64,000 bases of DNA from Daphnia carinata (Eukaryota), in contig NC_081331.1 in NCBI RefSeq assembly GCF_022539665.2, positions 10,974,001 through 11,038,000 of the forward strand, read 5' to 3'. This document shows, piece after piece, positions 11,635-24,925 of this stretch (position 1 is its first letter; the number at the start of each line of letters is the position of its first letter). The position numbers and the translations under genes are program-made. Below the pieces are notes generated by a model. The model was not told the DNA's origin, made no database searches, and saw nothing but the letters and a program-made list of their open reading frames with translations.

Positions 11635-14600
11635 TCAAAAGCTTCCTTTGCCTTGGCTATTCTCGCGAACACTGGAAAAGAAAAAATGAAATAAAGATAA
11701 GAAAGACATTAGACACACTGGACTAGTAGAGTGGGAACAAACGGTGCCAAACGGACAGCGGTCGCGATAAGTAACTGGACAAATAATAATAAAAAAAAAA
11801 GAAGGGAAGAATGGAGTTTGGTCGGCCATCGTGAAGAATGCAGCTGCCTTGGTAGGTGAACTAGAGATTTTTTGTTACCGGTCTTTATGCCGAACAACAA
11901 AATCACTAGTCTTCCATACCACAACAGCCCGTCGGCCCATAGAATACGCAATCACTGTTTTGATGCGTCTCGTGCGCTAATTTACCGCCATTTTCGGTAA
12001 CACCACTAGCTACTGTGTGGCAATAAACAGTGCGTGTGAAGTAGTTACGAAACGCCACATGACGGCATTTGAAAAAAAAACAAAACAAACGTCGCTCACC
12101 TCTGCTGCAGCAGATACTGCGCCTTCCATATCTGATGCGACGAGCCGGAAATGGTGATGATCCGTTCAGTGGAACCCGGACGGGGCTCGTCGATGGTGAT
12201 GCTAGCGCCAGAGTCGCCACGGATCTTACGGATCCGAGCGCCGCCCTTGCCGATAATTGCACCGGCCAACTGTAATCGAATCGGCAAGCAAAAATTGTTT
12301 GAAATCGAACCTTAAACGTTTTTGAAAGAGCAAGACTTACGTCTTTCGGAATGGAAACTTGTGTAGTCTCGGTATGGCCGCGATCGTCTTCACGGAAAAT
12401 CCTTTCGTCGTGGTACATCCTACACCAGAGAGAGAGAGAGAGAGAGAGAGACGAATGAGTTTCAAAATTTCTAATGAACTTAAATGTCAATTGATATTGT
12501 ACCCGCCGGGACCGCCGGGACCACCACGGACGGGCTGGCCGACACCCATCAACGACGGCGGCGGCAAGTCACGTTCGTAACTGCCGGCCCTGTAACGATG
12601 CCTGGGCGGCGACAGAGGTCGCGGCACGTCTCGAACCAAAGTCGGGATCTTCAGTTCCCTTTCGGGTCCTCGTGGGCCGCCCGGATTGCCGCGCATGCCA
12701 CCGCCACCACCAGCCCCCATGCCAACGAGGACACCACCTTCGCCGTAACCACCGTATTCCTGAGCGAACGACTCGTCATAATTGTACGGGTTGTACTGAT
12801 CGATTGGGCCCTTCACTTGCGACTGATTTATGGCCCCAAGATAAAAAAACAAACATTAGAATTGAACTTGTTTTGTAAAAAAAAAAAAAACTTGACGTTT
12901 CATTACCTCTTTGACGAGCGCGATGATCTGCTTGATGCACTCGCCGCAATCGCTCGGCTTGCCCAGAATTTGAACAATGCGATCTGTGCTTCTCGGACAG
13001 CAAACGGAATAGACCGTGATCCTTGTTCCAGTCGACTATGGGCGAAAAAGAGGAGAACATTAAATGACGATCAGATCGTGTTGACTGCTAGGAGAGAAGT
13101 GAATCACTTGTGCGACCAACGCACCTGGAAAACAAACTAAAAAGGCCAGAGATACTTTGTACATAGTTGGCAGCTGGCCTTTGCGCTATCTTCTTTAACC
13201 CCCATACTCGTCACTCTGTGTGTGTGTAACATTCGCCCTTTGTTTTTTCCCCCCCCCCTTCTTTCCGTCCTACAACCCCCCTTCCCAGTTCAACGACATG
13301 CACCTGGCCAAAACACGCCACTTTTCCGGCTTTCCTGGTACAAGAAATGAAAACATGACCCCCTTTAAACATTTTCTAAATTAGAGCGCAATTTAACTGA
13401 AGCAGTCAACTTCCTCCTATTAAACAATGGGGGGAAAAAAAATAAATCTAAACACATTTTCAATATCAAAATGATTGAATCCGCAGCAGGGTTGCCGAAT
13501 TTAAAAAGAAAAATGTTTCTCTGGATTCGCCAGGTAGGCGAAAACCCCCCCACTTTGCTCCCTAACCGCTACTGTTAATTCAATAAGGGGCCACGGCATT
13601 GCCTCTACCACCTGCCAGACGTCTGGGACACATCTGTCGAGGCCCCTCGTTATTATGTATTCCCACTCGTCAACGTAGCGTTAAGTTATTCTAGTCTGAC
13701 GTGACGTCTGCCAAACTTGTCGTGAAACATCCCCCCGCTCGCTTCCCGCAAAAGGACATTAATGTTCTGTTACATCAGAAATAATAATCAAATAATTCAT
13801 TTTAGATATACCTCGCGCAGTTCCTTGACTTTGGCTCCGCCGCGGCCGATAATGCAGCCAATCTGGCTCTGGTGTACCAGTAGACGGGCATCAGAGTCGC
13901 CGACACGGCCAGTCCTTTCTCCTCGAATCTTGGAAACCTTGAGTTGAAAAATCAATCGTTTTCTTTGAAAATTTCTGAAGCAGAGAGACAATACCTCTTC
14001 GAGCGATGGCAGAACGTTCTGAAGAACATTGATGACAGCGTCCAGATTGCCCTGGATGGTGAGGATCCTGATGTCGTTGTTGTTGTTTGTTTTGTTTGTT
14101 TCCGTGATGGGGAGACGGTGCAGAGTTGGTGGATTGGAAGGTTGGCGGATTGGGGGATGAACAAAGAGAGGACATAATCAGTCATCCAGTCTGGCAAAGA
14201 TTGTCTACGCTATTCATCTCTTATCGATTTATATCAATTTTCTGTCTATTCTATTGAATGTTTCTCTTGAACGATCGATGGAATCAAAATAAATATTTAA
14301 AAAAAAAGCCAAAATGAGAAGTTTAAATTAAAAAAAAAAATAGGGGAACGTGGGAGTAAGGAAGGTAATAGGAGATGATGATGAACGTAAGGAACAAAAG
14401 GCACAAACACAAAAAAAAAACGCACACATTTTTTTTTTTTTTTTTTGTTTTCGTGGACGGAGAGGGGGCGGGGATGTGGATTGTCCGGATGTGGGGGAAA
14501 GAGCCAAATCAAAACGAAAGACAAGGACCCATGCAAAACCGGGTTAGTATGTGAAAGGAAAGTTTGTTTTTTTTATTTAAAGAAACACAGTAGCGGGGAA

Positions 14601-17406
14601 GAAAAAAAAAAATGAAAGACGAAAGGTTCGAAACCTGCGTCCTTTATGAAAATGATGCAAGAATTGGAGTTTTGTTTCACAGTTCCCAAGAATGTTCAGC
14701 TACTCTACAACGAAAACTACTTAAACCCCTGGCACCCACAGCCCCGAGAGAAAGAGATCAGAGAGTGTCTTTGAAAAAAAAAAAAAAATTTCAGCTTACG
14801 TAACAAAAAGGATAACATTCAAAAAAATTCTAATTAGGAAAAAAAACGAAAATGGATTAAACTTTTTTTTTTTTTTTTTTTTTTTTATAAAATTTGGATT
14901 TTTTACGTTAAATGAAATTTGAAATTTTTTGTGTCTTTTGGCTTAGCGGCGGAAGTGCCGGACGGTCAGGATGGAGGAGGGAAAAAAAAAGGTGAAATGA
15001 GAAGAGGAGGAAAAAAAAGAGGAGGATGGGAAAAAATGAGGATGAAATTAACAAACGGAGGACAAAGAGATTGCACATTGAATTACAGTATTTTTTTTTT
15101 TTTTTTTAAAGAAATAAGAACACTTAAATCAAAGACAACGTTTTCCTTTTCTTTTAAATCTTTAAAAGAAATTTAGGCGGAATAACTTTTTTTCGTCTTC
15201 ACAATTTTACAAATTTGATAAGAACAAATGAGTAAAAAAAATGAATATTTTTGTTTTGTTTTTGTTTTGATGTGTTTGCTTTTTTTTTTTGGTGGCGAAA
15301 ATTTACCTTTCTGGACCTGGGCAATCGGGAAGTAATATAGTGGCGTGGTTCTGTGGATTGGTGGATTTCGTTATGTTTCATGGCAACATAAATTTCGATT
15401 TTTTTTTTTTTTTTTTGAAAATATTTTTTTTTTTTTTAAAGATCGAATTTTGTTTTTGTTTTTTCGGGAAACCAAATTGAACAAGAAAACCATCCGGTAA
15501 TTTTGTTTCATTTTTGTTTTTGGCGGAATTGGAGAATGGAAGGCCCCGGAGAATGTAGCAGTACATTTTTTGTTTTTGTTTTTGTTTTTTTTTTTGTTAA
15601 AAAAAAAATGGAAAAACACGTTTTTTTTTTTTTTTTTTTTTTTTTTTCGGTTAGATATTCCACGCGCGCATTTCGATTGTTGGGCGGACAAGGGCCGGGA
15701 CGGAATCAGGCGGATTGGCGGAGAGTCGGAGAGAGTTGGAGCGGAGAGGGCGAGCGAGCGAGCGAGAGTGAGAGAGAGAGAGAGAGAAGAAAAAAAATCA
15801 CGCGGATGAGAAAAACAAATTCGTGACACACATCATTCACCACTCAACAGCAGCAGCAGCAGAATAATAATAATAATTAAAAAATAAAATATCCACACAG
15901 CAAAATTCAATTGAAAAAAAAAAATGCAAAACAATCGATTCGTCTACCAACTATTTTTTTTTCCCAGTGACTGCACTATCGTCTAACCTTTCCACAAATG
16001 TAATAGAACAATAACAGTTAAGTACTCGAGCTTCACATTTCATTACGTCCCATTTCCGGCATAAATAGAAGGAAGAAAAAAGAAAAAAAGAAAAAAAGGG
16101 GAACCCACTGCAGCAAAATATTTTTTATCGACAAAGCTTTTCTTTTAATATATAAAAATAGAGTGTCTTTCTGCAGTGGCTAGCTTTTGCTTATTAGAAA
16201 GTCAAAAACTTGCGTCTCCCCCCCCCTTTTTTTTTTCTTTTCTTTTCTTCTTGACTTCTCGCCCCTTTAACAATAATAAAATAAGAATCGAATCTCTAAA
16301 TCGCTGGACTCGGTAAATGTGCAACGTACACACTAACGGGAGATCAACAAGATAAATACATTTCAAAGTAATTCAACCATTCTGACCCGAAGAAATAAAA
16401 GAAACAAACTTATTCCCTTTAAACTTTTCGAGATCCAAAAGTTAGCCAATAACTTGACGTCTAATAAAATCTAGTCAAAAACATTTGCCCCAATTTGATC
16501 AAATCCAATTCTTTGACAAAAAAAAAAAAAAAAAAAAAAAAAGAAAAAGAATTAAACGCTATATTAAAAAAAAGGAGGGGGTTCTAAAACTATGGGGTAA
16601 AATCCATCAGTTCGCCTGGTGGTGGTTTGACATTTACTGACACGCGTGTGTGTAAGAACAAAAAAAAAAAAAAAAATTTTTATAAAAAATAAATAATAAC
16701 TACTACCCACTATTACCACTACGTAAAAGGGGGGGGGGAGAGAAATGAATAGTTTTTTTTTTCTTTTCGTAAAGCAAGGACAGAATCGCGTGATCTCGTG
16801 TGGCGGTTACGCCCTGCCACGGTCGATAACTCTCCCCCCCCCCACATAATGACTCTACCCCATTAACCTGATGAACTTATTGCTAGGTACGAAAACGAGA
16901 TCTTATCCACACGATAAAAGTTAACATTCAAAATAAAAATAAACAAAAATAAATACTAAGCCACGTCATAATGCTACACGATATCAACAAGGCCATTTCT
17001 TTTTTTTTTTTTCTCTTTCTTAAAGAATATTCGATTACAACCACTAAAAATATCTGCGCTGCTGAGAGTGAAGAAACGAAAAAAAAAAAAAAAATTGAAT
17101 TTCTTTGTTTTTTAAATGGGTGGGTTTTGACTCACCTCGGTGCGCAACTTGGAGATGTTGCTACCGCCTTTGCCGATGATGGATCCAGCAACCTACGTTT
17201 TATTATTATTATTATTAAAAATTTAGCATTAAACGATTTGAAGAAGAAAAAAATCCATTTTCTCATCCTTGACGTTTAAGAATGTAATACCCCCCCCCCC
17301 GTTTTTGATTTACCTTGCTGTAAACGAGAAGACGAAGCTCCGTGTCGCCCATGGGGCGGAGGCGTTTGGGCGCCGGCCCTGTCTCACCGTCCGAGTTACG
17401 CTTCAT
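11635..17406 (-). CDS. HNRNPK: Heterogeneous nuclear ribonucleoprotein K (three KH domains), core isoform
   Basis: Exons 17406-17314, 17192-17136, 15350-15307, 14067-13995, 13937-13812, 13035-12907, 12822-12503, 12419-12341, 12269-12100, 11671-11635 join in frame: [17 protein letters not shown] (NLS-like), KH1 [28 protein letters not shown]2 [28 protein letters not shown] linker, KH3 [38 protein letters not shown]. Confidence 0.93.
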
Positions 17407-20400
17407 ACCTTTAAAAAAAAAAAGACAGAAAAATAAATAAATAAAATTGGATTTTTTTTTCTCCTGGAAAAAAAAATCTAATCTAAAATGTCAAGATGTC
17501 AGAGCAGAAATTGAGGGACGCATAAATTTTTTTTTTCAATTAAACAAACACAAAGCGCTTTAGAGGCATTATGCATCCTGTGCTGTATCACCGCGTTTTT
17601 CACTTCAATTTTTTTTTTCTATATTTTTTAAAGGTAACGAGAGGCGGACCTTCAAGAGAGAGAGCGGACAGAGGCGTTCTTATTGATTTTTTTTACCACC
17701 CCTCTCTCTCTTTACACCCCCTCCTTCGCGCTCCGCTCCTAAGAGAGAGAGAGAGAGGAAGGAGGGGAGTACGCACAAGAGTAAGGAGTGCACACACAGC
17801 GCCGGGATCGGGAGCGCGCGCGCTTTGGCACACTACGACGACTGTAAGTCTTCAAACTCTTGTGTGTACGTTTGACTTGTATCTTTCCGACAGTTGCAAC
17901 GACGAGTAACATTTCAAACAGCGAGAGGGCGAAAAAGAAAAGGGAGGGAGAGGGCGAACTCACCAACATCATCAGCGCAGATTGATGAAGGCCCGAGACA
18001 GAGAATAGGTTCAATGATTGTAAACGAATCACACTTTTAGGAAGCACAAAAAAAAAAAAGAGTTTAAAAACAAAACTAAATAAAAATAAATAGATGGAAG
18101 TAGCTACACGCACGAAAAATAAAAGGCGAGAAAATGGAGATGGATTGGGCTGCGGAGAGAAGAGATGGCGGACGGGAATAAGGTCAATCACGGCGAGTGA
18201 GTGGCGCGATACTACCAGAAGACCCGTCAGAGCCGACGCCGTTACTCTCTAACCCTCACCTCCTACTCCCCCCTCCCCATCTACTCCCTCCCTACTCCGC
18301 TTCAAAGAGCGTCGTCGCGTAATAGCGTCGACGCGGCTGCGCGCTCCTCCGTTTCTCTTCCCTCGTCCACCCTTTTCCCCTCTTCTTTATTTTCAACCAG
18401 TTTCTCTTCGGTTTCATCCGACTCGTCCTCTTTACATGTTTCGCTTTCTCCTTTTTCTCTACCCTTTCGGTCAATCGATTCAAATAATTTCGTTCTTTTT
18501 CCCCTCCATCAAATGCCCTCGGACTGTTTTCACACACACACAAAACGGACTGGGCGGCTGGAAAAAAAAAATGATTCAACATCACGAAGGGTAAAGCAAA
18601 TGCGCATTTCTAATTCTATAGAAGAAAAGAATCTTTAAAAAAAAAAATCTTGAAGGGGAATCGCATTTCACACAATGGCGTTTCGTTAATGAGGCACGTA
18701 ACAATCAGGTGACTGTTACGACTACTATCGTTGCCACATCATTTCTCGAAGACGAGAGATGACGATCGACGGTATAGTACACGACACACAACAAGTTTCG
18801 AACCCAAAATGAAAAACAAAAACAATAAAAGAGCGAACTACTTACAGTAACTTAAAGTTTTCAGCCTGTAATAACAAAGAGACACAACAATCTTTTGCTG
18901 AGCGAGAAACAAGAATGGCAAACGATGAAGGCGAGTGACGAGAGGTGTACTACGGGCCAGCGGGTAGAAAAACGATCGATAAACGGGCGGAGGGGGGAAC
19001 ATGTGGGGGGGGGGGGAGAAAAAGGTAAAAAAAAAAAATATTTAAATAAACTTGATGTTTTCTAAGGGTTCTGTCAAGCCTAGGGGGACAAAAAGCCAAT
19101 CAAAAGTGGGGAACTCGGATTGCTCTTGTACAGACGAAAAAAAAAGGTGGAGTAATGCTATAATATACTAACCCGTGTAGCAAAGATTGGCTCCGCTTTG
19201 GTTAGTAACGACAACAAAAAAAAAAAAAAAAATGGAGAAGCAACACGAAGCTTCCCCAAATAAAAATAAACGAGCACACGGATCTCGTGATGGAGCTAAG
19301 AGGACCAATGATCAGACGACCATGATGAAAACGAGCGGCTCGCAGCGTGGGCGGCCAGCTCTTGCGGAGCCCATCCGGCTAATCTGCCGGCACGAGCAAG
19401 ACTGGTCCGGAAATCAGAAGCACCTGGCCTCTTTGAATGAATTTCAGTGGGTGGCGGGAGGGCCGGCGTGCAGATGAAAGTGGGCGGTGAGGACACCAAG
19501 CATCTCCCAACTTCCCGATACCTCGTCAATAATCCATCAGTTGTACAACCAGGGCGAGAATAATAAAGACAACCCCACTCCAAAACGCATACACGACAAC
19601 GAGGAAAGGTGGGGGGGGCTATGAAAAAGTAAAAGGATCCCGGGCTGTCCAGCACATCCCGAGCAAAACAAAAAACACAAAAAAAAAGGGAAAAGCCGCA
19701 CACGACATGCCAATGGCCAGCCCCGTTTTGTACTTGCTCCGCTTCTTCCCATAGGCGTCGCCATGGTAACGCGCCTAACAAAACAAACGCCAGACAAGAC
19801 TAACCCAAACAAGAGCCGTCGTCATGGGTAACCAGCACCACAAACAGATCCAACCCATAGGGGATGGTAAAATTCAACGTGAAATAATCATCAGTTACGG
19901 CCAGATTTTTGTCTTTTTCTTTTCAAACAGCATTTTGAGGTGAAGCGGGGCAGATCCGAGCACAAGAATCTCACCCACATTTACCCGTCACGAAACACAG
20001 CCTTCAAAAGGAGCGACTAACACGCGCTGCCAAAAGCCATAATTCCAAGTCAACCTACACAACAAATGTCAACGTCGATCAAAATCATGAATACCTAAAA
20101 GATTCAATCCGGGGATTCAATCGGAAACATAACAAAAGAGCAGTTTCCATGGCGATCACCACACGCTCTCTACGCTGCCTGCATCCACAACGTTTTCAAA
20201 TATTTAAAGCACATAGCCAAAGATGGGCATCAGTCGCATTGGGGTAAACTCAAATAATTATTTTTTAAAAAAAAAAAAGCAACAAAAAAAAGGGCGTTCT
20301 ATTCAACTGTCGTCTCCGAGGCAACCGGTCAATTGTCACAACAGACAAGGAGGAAAAAGACGGACAAGATACACAAGCGTTTCTTCCTTTGTTTTCAAAT

Positions 20401-22088
20401 CACGAAAACAACCGCCCTCTCGTGTAGGATTCGACAAAAACAAAAACAAAAAAAACGAAGCAGGGCTCGTCAATCAAACGTCATCGCAATTCAATCCAAA
20501 AATACAGTGGCACTAGCCACACACATTCCTCGAAATTCAATCGCCCTAATGTGCAAGTGAAATCGTTAGGGCAAAAAGAAAATGACTTGAAGCATCTTGG
20601 ACGCAGCTAAGAGAGAAGAGCTGGGCAACGTTGACGCTAATGACGTCGGTGCCGTTGTAGTCGTGAGTCAGATCATTTGTCAAAGAGAGAAGGTTCAAAA
20701 GTGACATTTCCAACCATCATGTTTAACGTCGCTACAACAATACGGGTCATCAATCCCGAATCCCTCTCCTATTTTTAAGAGAAAGAAACACACACGAGTT
20801 TACATCTTTTTCCCTCGCACGGGTAGAATTCCAAACTTTTTGGCTAGTTTGGATTACTTTACTACGCGTCCCTACTCCTCCCCCCCACTTCCAATAACGT
20901 ACACATCCAACGTACAATACAGTGAAGAAGAAAAAAGAGAGAATCCAGCCCAGCTCCGCTATTTGATGCACCACAGGAGAGAAGATATCCACATCCAAAC
21001 GGACGATCAACAAAATTACAGAAATAGATTTTTTTTTAACCCTGAAGCTTTCAGTTACTCGGATGGTCAGTTTGAATGTTTTCCTTTTGGGCTGGGGGAA
21101 AAACAAAAATTTCAAACTAGTTTTTCCCAAACGAAAAAAGAAAGGGGAAAAAATAAAGTATCCGAATTGTATACAATGTCTAGACGGTAAATCATTGCAC
21201 GTGATGTTGTGGTTAAGATTTCGGACTTCTCGACACACGAAAGCAAAAGGGAAAGTAAACAGTTCAATACAATATTTTTGATGTAAAAAAATAAAAAGAT
21301 TGTTATCTTTGATGGTGGACCAGGGAAAAATATGTTTTAGGTCGTGTTAAAGAAAAAAAAAAAAAAAAAAAGGACGAAAATCCCCGTGTCATCTTTGGCT
21401 TCCAACCAAATTTGACTTTTCTCAGAGTCGTTTTTAAAAATAAATTTCACGTCCCTGTGAGTTGCAGCACCGGGCAACGATCCTGCGGCTCACAGTTCGT
21501 CAAAGTCAATCCAATCAAGAGCTCCTCACTTTATCACGGTTACTACACACAAGTGGGACCCTCCCCCCCCCCCACCCAAAAAAAAAATTGTAAAAAGATG
21601 ACTCAATCACTTGTTACAAGCCTACCTCCGTGACAAGCCCATCAATCAAAGTATTTCAGGAATCAAAAAAATTATTCCGTTTCATCTCTTTACGGATCTG
21701 TCGTCAATGCAGCGTGCCGTTCGCCATCACGGAATCCTCACACGATCACGGGGATTTACCGGGATATATTTGTTGTTGTTTTTTTCCCTTCGGAAGTGAA
21801 TAGTGACGCGAAGGGAGGAGTAGAAACGTATCTGGAAAACTCGTTGGATGTTTGCCGGAGCGAACTAACTAATTGGATGAATAGAAAAAGCAAAAGGGGA
21901 ATAGAAAAAAAAATGCCATCCCTCTGAAAACTGATAAGCTTCTTTCAACCTATTCCCTTCAAAGCGGATCGCACCGTCAACGACCGATCAATCAATACGG
22001 GACAGGCCCTCAGGTGGCGGCAGACATTCCTATCACTTCATCGAAACGTCAACAAAACTATTCCTGACGCACGCAAACCGTCCCATAC

Positions 22089-22359
22089 CTGGACACAAAT
22101 GAACAGCTTGGAGAGCAGTTCGCTGTGAAGCAGACGAAGACATCGAAGCATGAGGCTGTGAGATGACTAAAATGTGCAGTTGTTGGGAAGGTGATCCGCT
22201 TCCGGATATCACAGTAGGGACGTCCGGCCTTCGCAACGGAGGCGGCAGCACGTTCAGTGACATCAACGACGGTAACGGATGAATTACCGTCGTTGAAGCA
22301 GATTCTTCCTGGCTAGAACCGGATGTCGGCGGAGAATTGCTCGATTCGAGATCCAACAT
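22089..22359 (-). CDS. HNRNPK: Alternative upstream coding exon of hnRNP K (91-aa Ser/Pro-rich N-terminal extension)
   Basis: ATG 22359 in CAAATG context, 271 nt open to a CAG|GTATGG donor (phase 1), matching the acceptor at 17408 (G|GT ATG) in frame. Confidence 0.6.
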
Positions 22360-22730
22360 TTGACACTCGAAACTAATTAATGCTCGATATATTTTCTTTT
22401 TTTAAAGGAGGATTACGCAACTGAAACCATCGACGTCTCAAGGCGAACTGCTTTCACCCGGCCCTACGACGCCAGACGACTCTTCATTTTTCTTTTTCTT
22501 TTTCTTCTTTCATTCGACTTCGTTTTCTGAGCTCCTAAAGTCAACGGGATATACTACGTCAGCTGACTTGAAGGAGCCCATTAGCACGCGGTGCTAAACT
22601 TGGCCTTTTCCCTCAAAAGCGGGAGGGAAGCGAGGGGAAACGTTGTGATAACAGAGTAGCAAAAACATAGTAAGACGTACGTGTTGCTTGATGTTTGGAA
22701 AAGAAAAAAGGTCTTCGTCTTTCAACGAGC

Positions 22731-22731
<1 letters not shown>

Positions 22732-22760
<29 letters not shown>
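22732..22760. repeat. (GT)n/(CA)n microsatellite in predicted hnRNP K 5' UTR exon
   Basis: About 14 GT units read directly. Confidence 0.9.
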
Positions 22761-22763
<3 letters not shown>

Positions 22764-23544
22764 CTGTTGTCTGTTGTATATGTGCTACCTAGACGAAAAT
22801 GTTGATGAAACGGGAATGATTTACTGAATCGCTCGCGTAAGCCCTATTAAATTATTATTTTTTAGCAGGAAGGACTTTGAAAAGAGAAACCAATTTCAAT
22901 GCCTTCAAACCATCCATCAAGAGAATGACAGAAACCTGGAGGCTGAAATTTTGTTAACTGGCATATGGATGCCAAAGGGGACTGGGTAAAACTGCTGGTA
23001 ACAAATGAACTAGATTAAACCAGAAGGCATAACAGAAAGGATAATTTGAAATTTCAAAAATATTCCTAATCAAAATGCGAAGGTAACTATGGCCTAACCT
23101 GAAGGTAAGCACAAGTTTTCAACATCACAGGCCTACCACCTGTTATTCGATGCTGTGTCAGAGAATAACAGACATAGAAAAAACCCCAATAAAAATGTTA
23201 TTCTAAATTATTGCCTTCGAATAGTCATGAATCTTCTTCAGGATGCTAATGCACATTTTTACTGTCTACCAATAAACCAACAAAAAAAAACCGTCATCAA
23301 ACAAACTGGGGTTTGCCCCAGAACTTGGGGTATGCATGACTATGAACCATCAATAATGCAATCAGACAGCTTCAGATTGTCGCTGAAAAGCGTGTTCATA
23401 AAAAATGGAGGCAGGATCGCGTATGATTAAACAAAGACTTTATCGATTCGCATGGGAACCAGATAGTTAGGAGGGAAACCTTGGCCAATGGAGATGGGGT
23501 GAGTTTGACCAACTAGAAACATATAAATTTAAAATGTAACTTAC

Positions 23545-24085
23545 CAAACGGCTGAATGTGAATCAAAGTTGACATTTGCCCGTGCCCCTACTGAATAGAC
23601 GGGCGACTGTGACTGGTAAATATCTTTGAATAAGCAGAAAAGTTTTTCTGGCTTTTGGCTTGCAGCTCCTAGCTAAAAAATACGGGCTTGGCGTCGATAT
23701 GCCGACGAAGCGGTTAAAGCCTCTTCTGGATTTTCTTTACAGCGCGCGCACTGCGGCCGTGTGCTTGACTTCTTGTTCTTGTTCTCTGTTGTTCGTTTGC
23801 CCCGTTCGGTTGGTTTCAGTACTTCGGTTCTTGAGCTGGTGACTTGTTTTCTACGAAAAAAGAAAAAGAAAAACGAGAAACGTTTATCAAAGCAGGCCCC
23901 ACCCTAGGTTCCTGGCTTATCCCTTATTTTTTAAATATATTTTTAGCTGATCGAGGATGTTTACCTTGGCCTTAAATTTTGTTAAAAAGCAGTCCACATA
24001 CAATATTTAGATCACCTCTTTTTGGCGAAGATGTTTCATATACTATTTAAGTCTCGAAAAACATACTCCACCTCAACAACTGACT
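23545..24085 (-). promoter_or_regulatory. Distal promoter and non-coding 5' exons of hnRNP K
   Basis: Inr-like TCAGTT near 24080, donor AAG|GTAAAC near 23964, acceptor TTTTTTCGTAG near 23850, donor TTG|GTAAGT near 23545, next acceptor TTTTCGTCTAG near 22789. Confidence 0.5.
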
Positions 24086-24925
24086 AATCTCTGCTGCTAA
24101 AGATACGCAGCTATCAAAGCATCGTCTATCGTTTATTTCTGTACAAAAAATAACCATATATTTTCCGAGTATCAATCACATCCAAGTGTGTCGTCTTTTT
24201 ACATAATATTAAATTGTCTCACGTTGGATTTATGTAACCTGATCAATCTTCAATGGGTATCCAATAAATCTACGATAACATAGCACAATAGCAATAAAGT
24301 ATGTCAGCGCCTCAAACTGTCATGAGTTATTTTTTTCACAACAAATGCTGAAGTGTAATTTTGGTTATTGTTCCAGTGCATTTTAGCTTGCTTGTTTTTA
24401 ATATTTAAATGCCTCCTTGTCGTGGGCTAAACCATGAATATAAAACGAGTTTCACTGTTTGTTGTAAAGGACGGGCAACCAAGAAGAATATCGACCGTTG
24501 TCAACGATTTTTTTGTTTCATTGTTCTGTTACTAGCCACTGTCCTTTGAGACACAGGGCAGATGTGTTTTCACCTGCAACACACACGCATCGTTTATGAG
24601 GTTTCACGGAAATCCGGAATGAGAAAACCCCCGTCACTCCTACTTCCCCTCTCCACGTCAGACATGTCCCAGTTTCATGGGACTAAATTTTTTATGTCTT
24701 TCAACAGTTTCAGTCCTATTAATGATAACTGACTGAACTGGGACAAAACAAACCCATTATTTTGTAAGCAAAATGATACTAACGCCTTTTGAAGATGCAA
24801 TAAATAATATTAGTTTCTCATAATCGAATGCCAAGCCTTTTGATGGGATTGGCAAATCAGGATACATAACTGAAAGATTTAAACATCTTTATTCAGATGC
24901 AATATCTTTGCACTGCAAATCGCCC

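Noticed and set aside
12484..13140. 218-aa plus-strand ORF
   Set aside because: Antisense shadow of hnRNP K exons.
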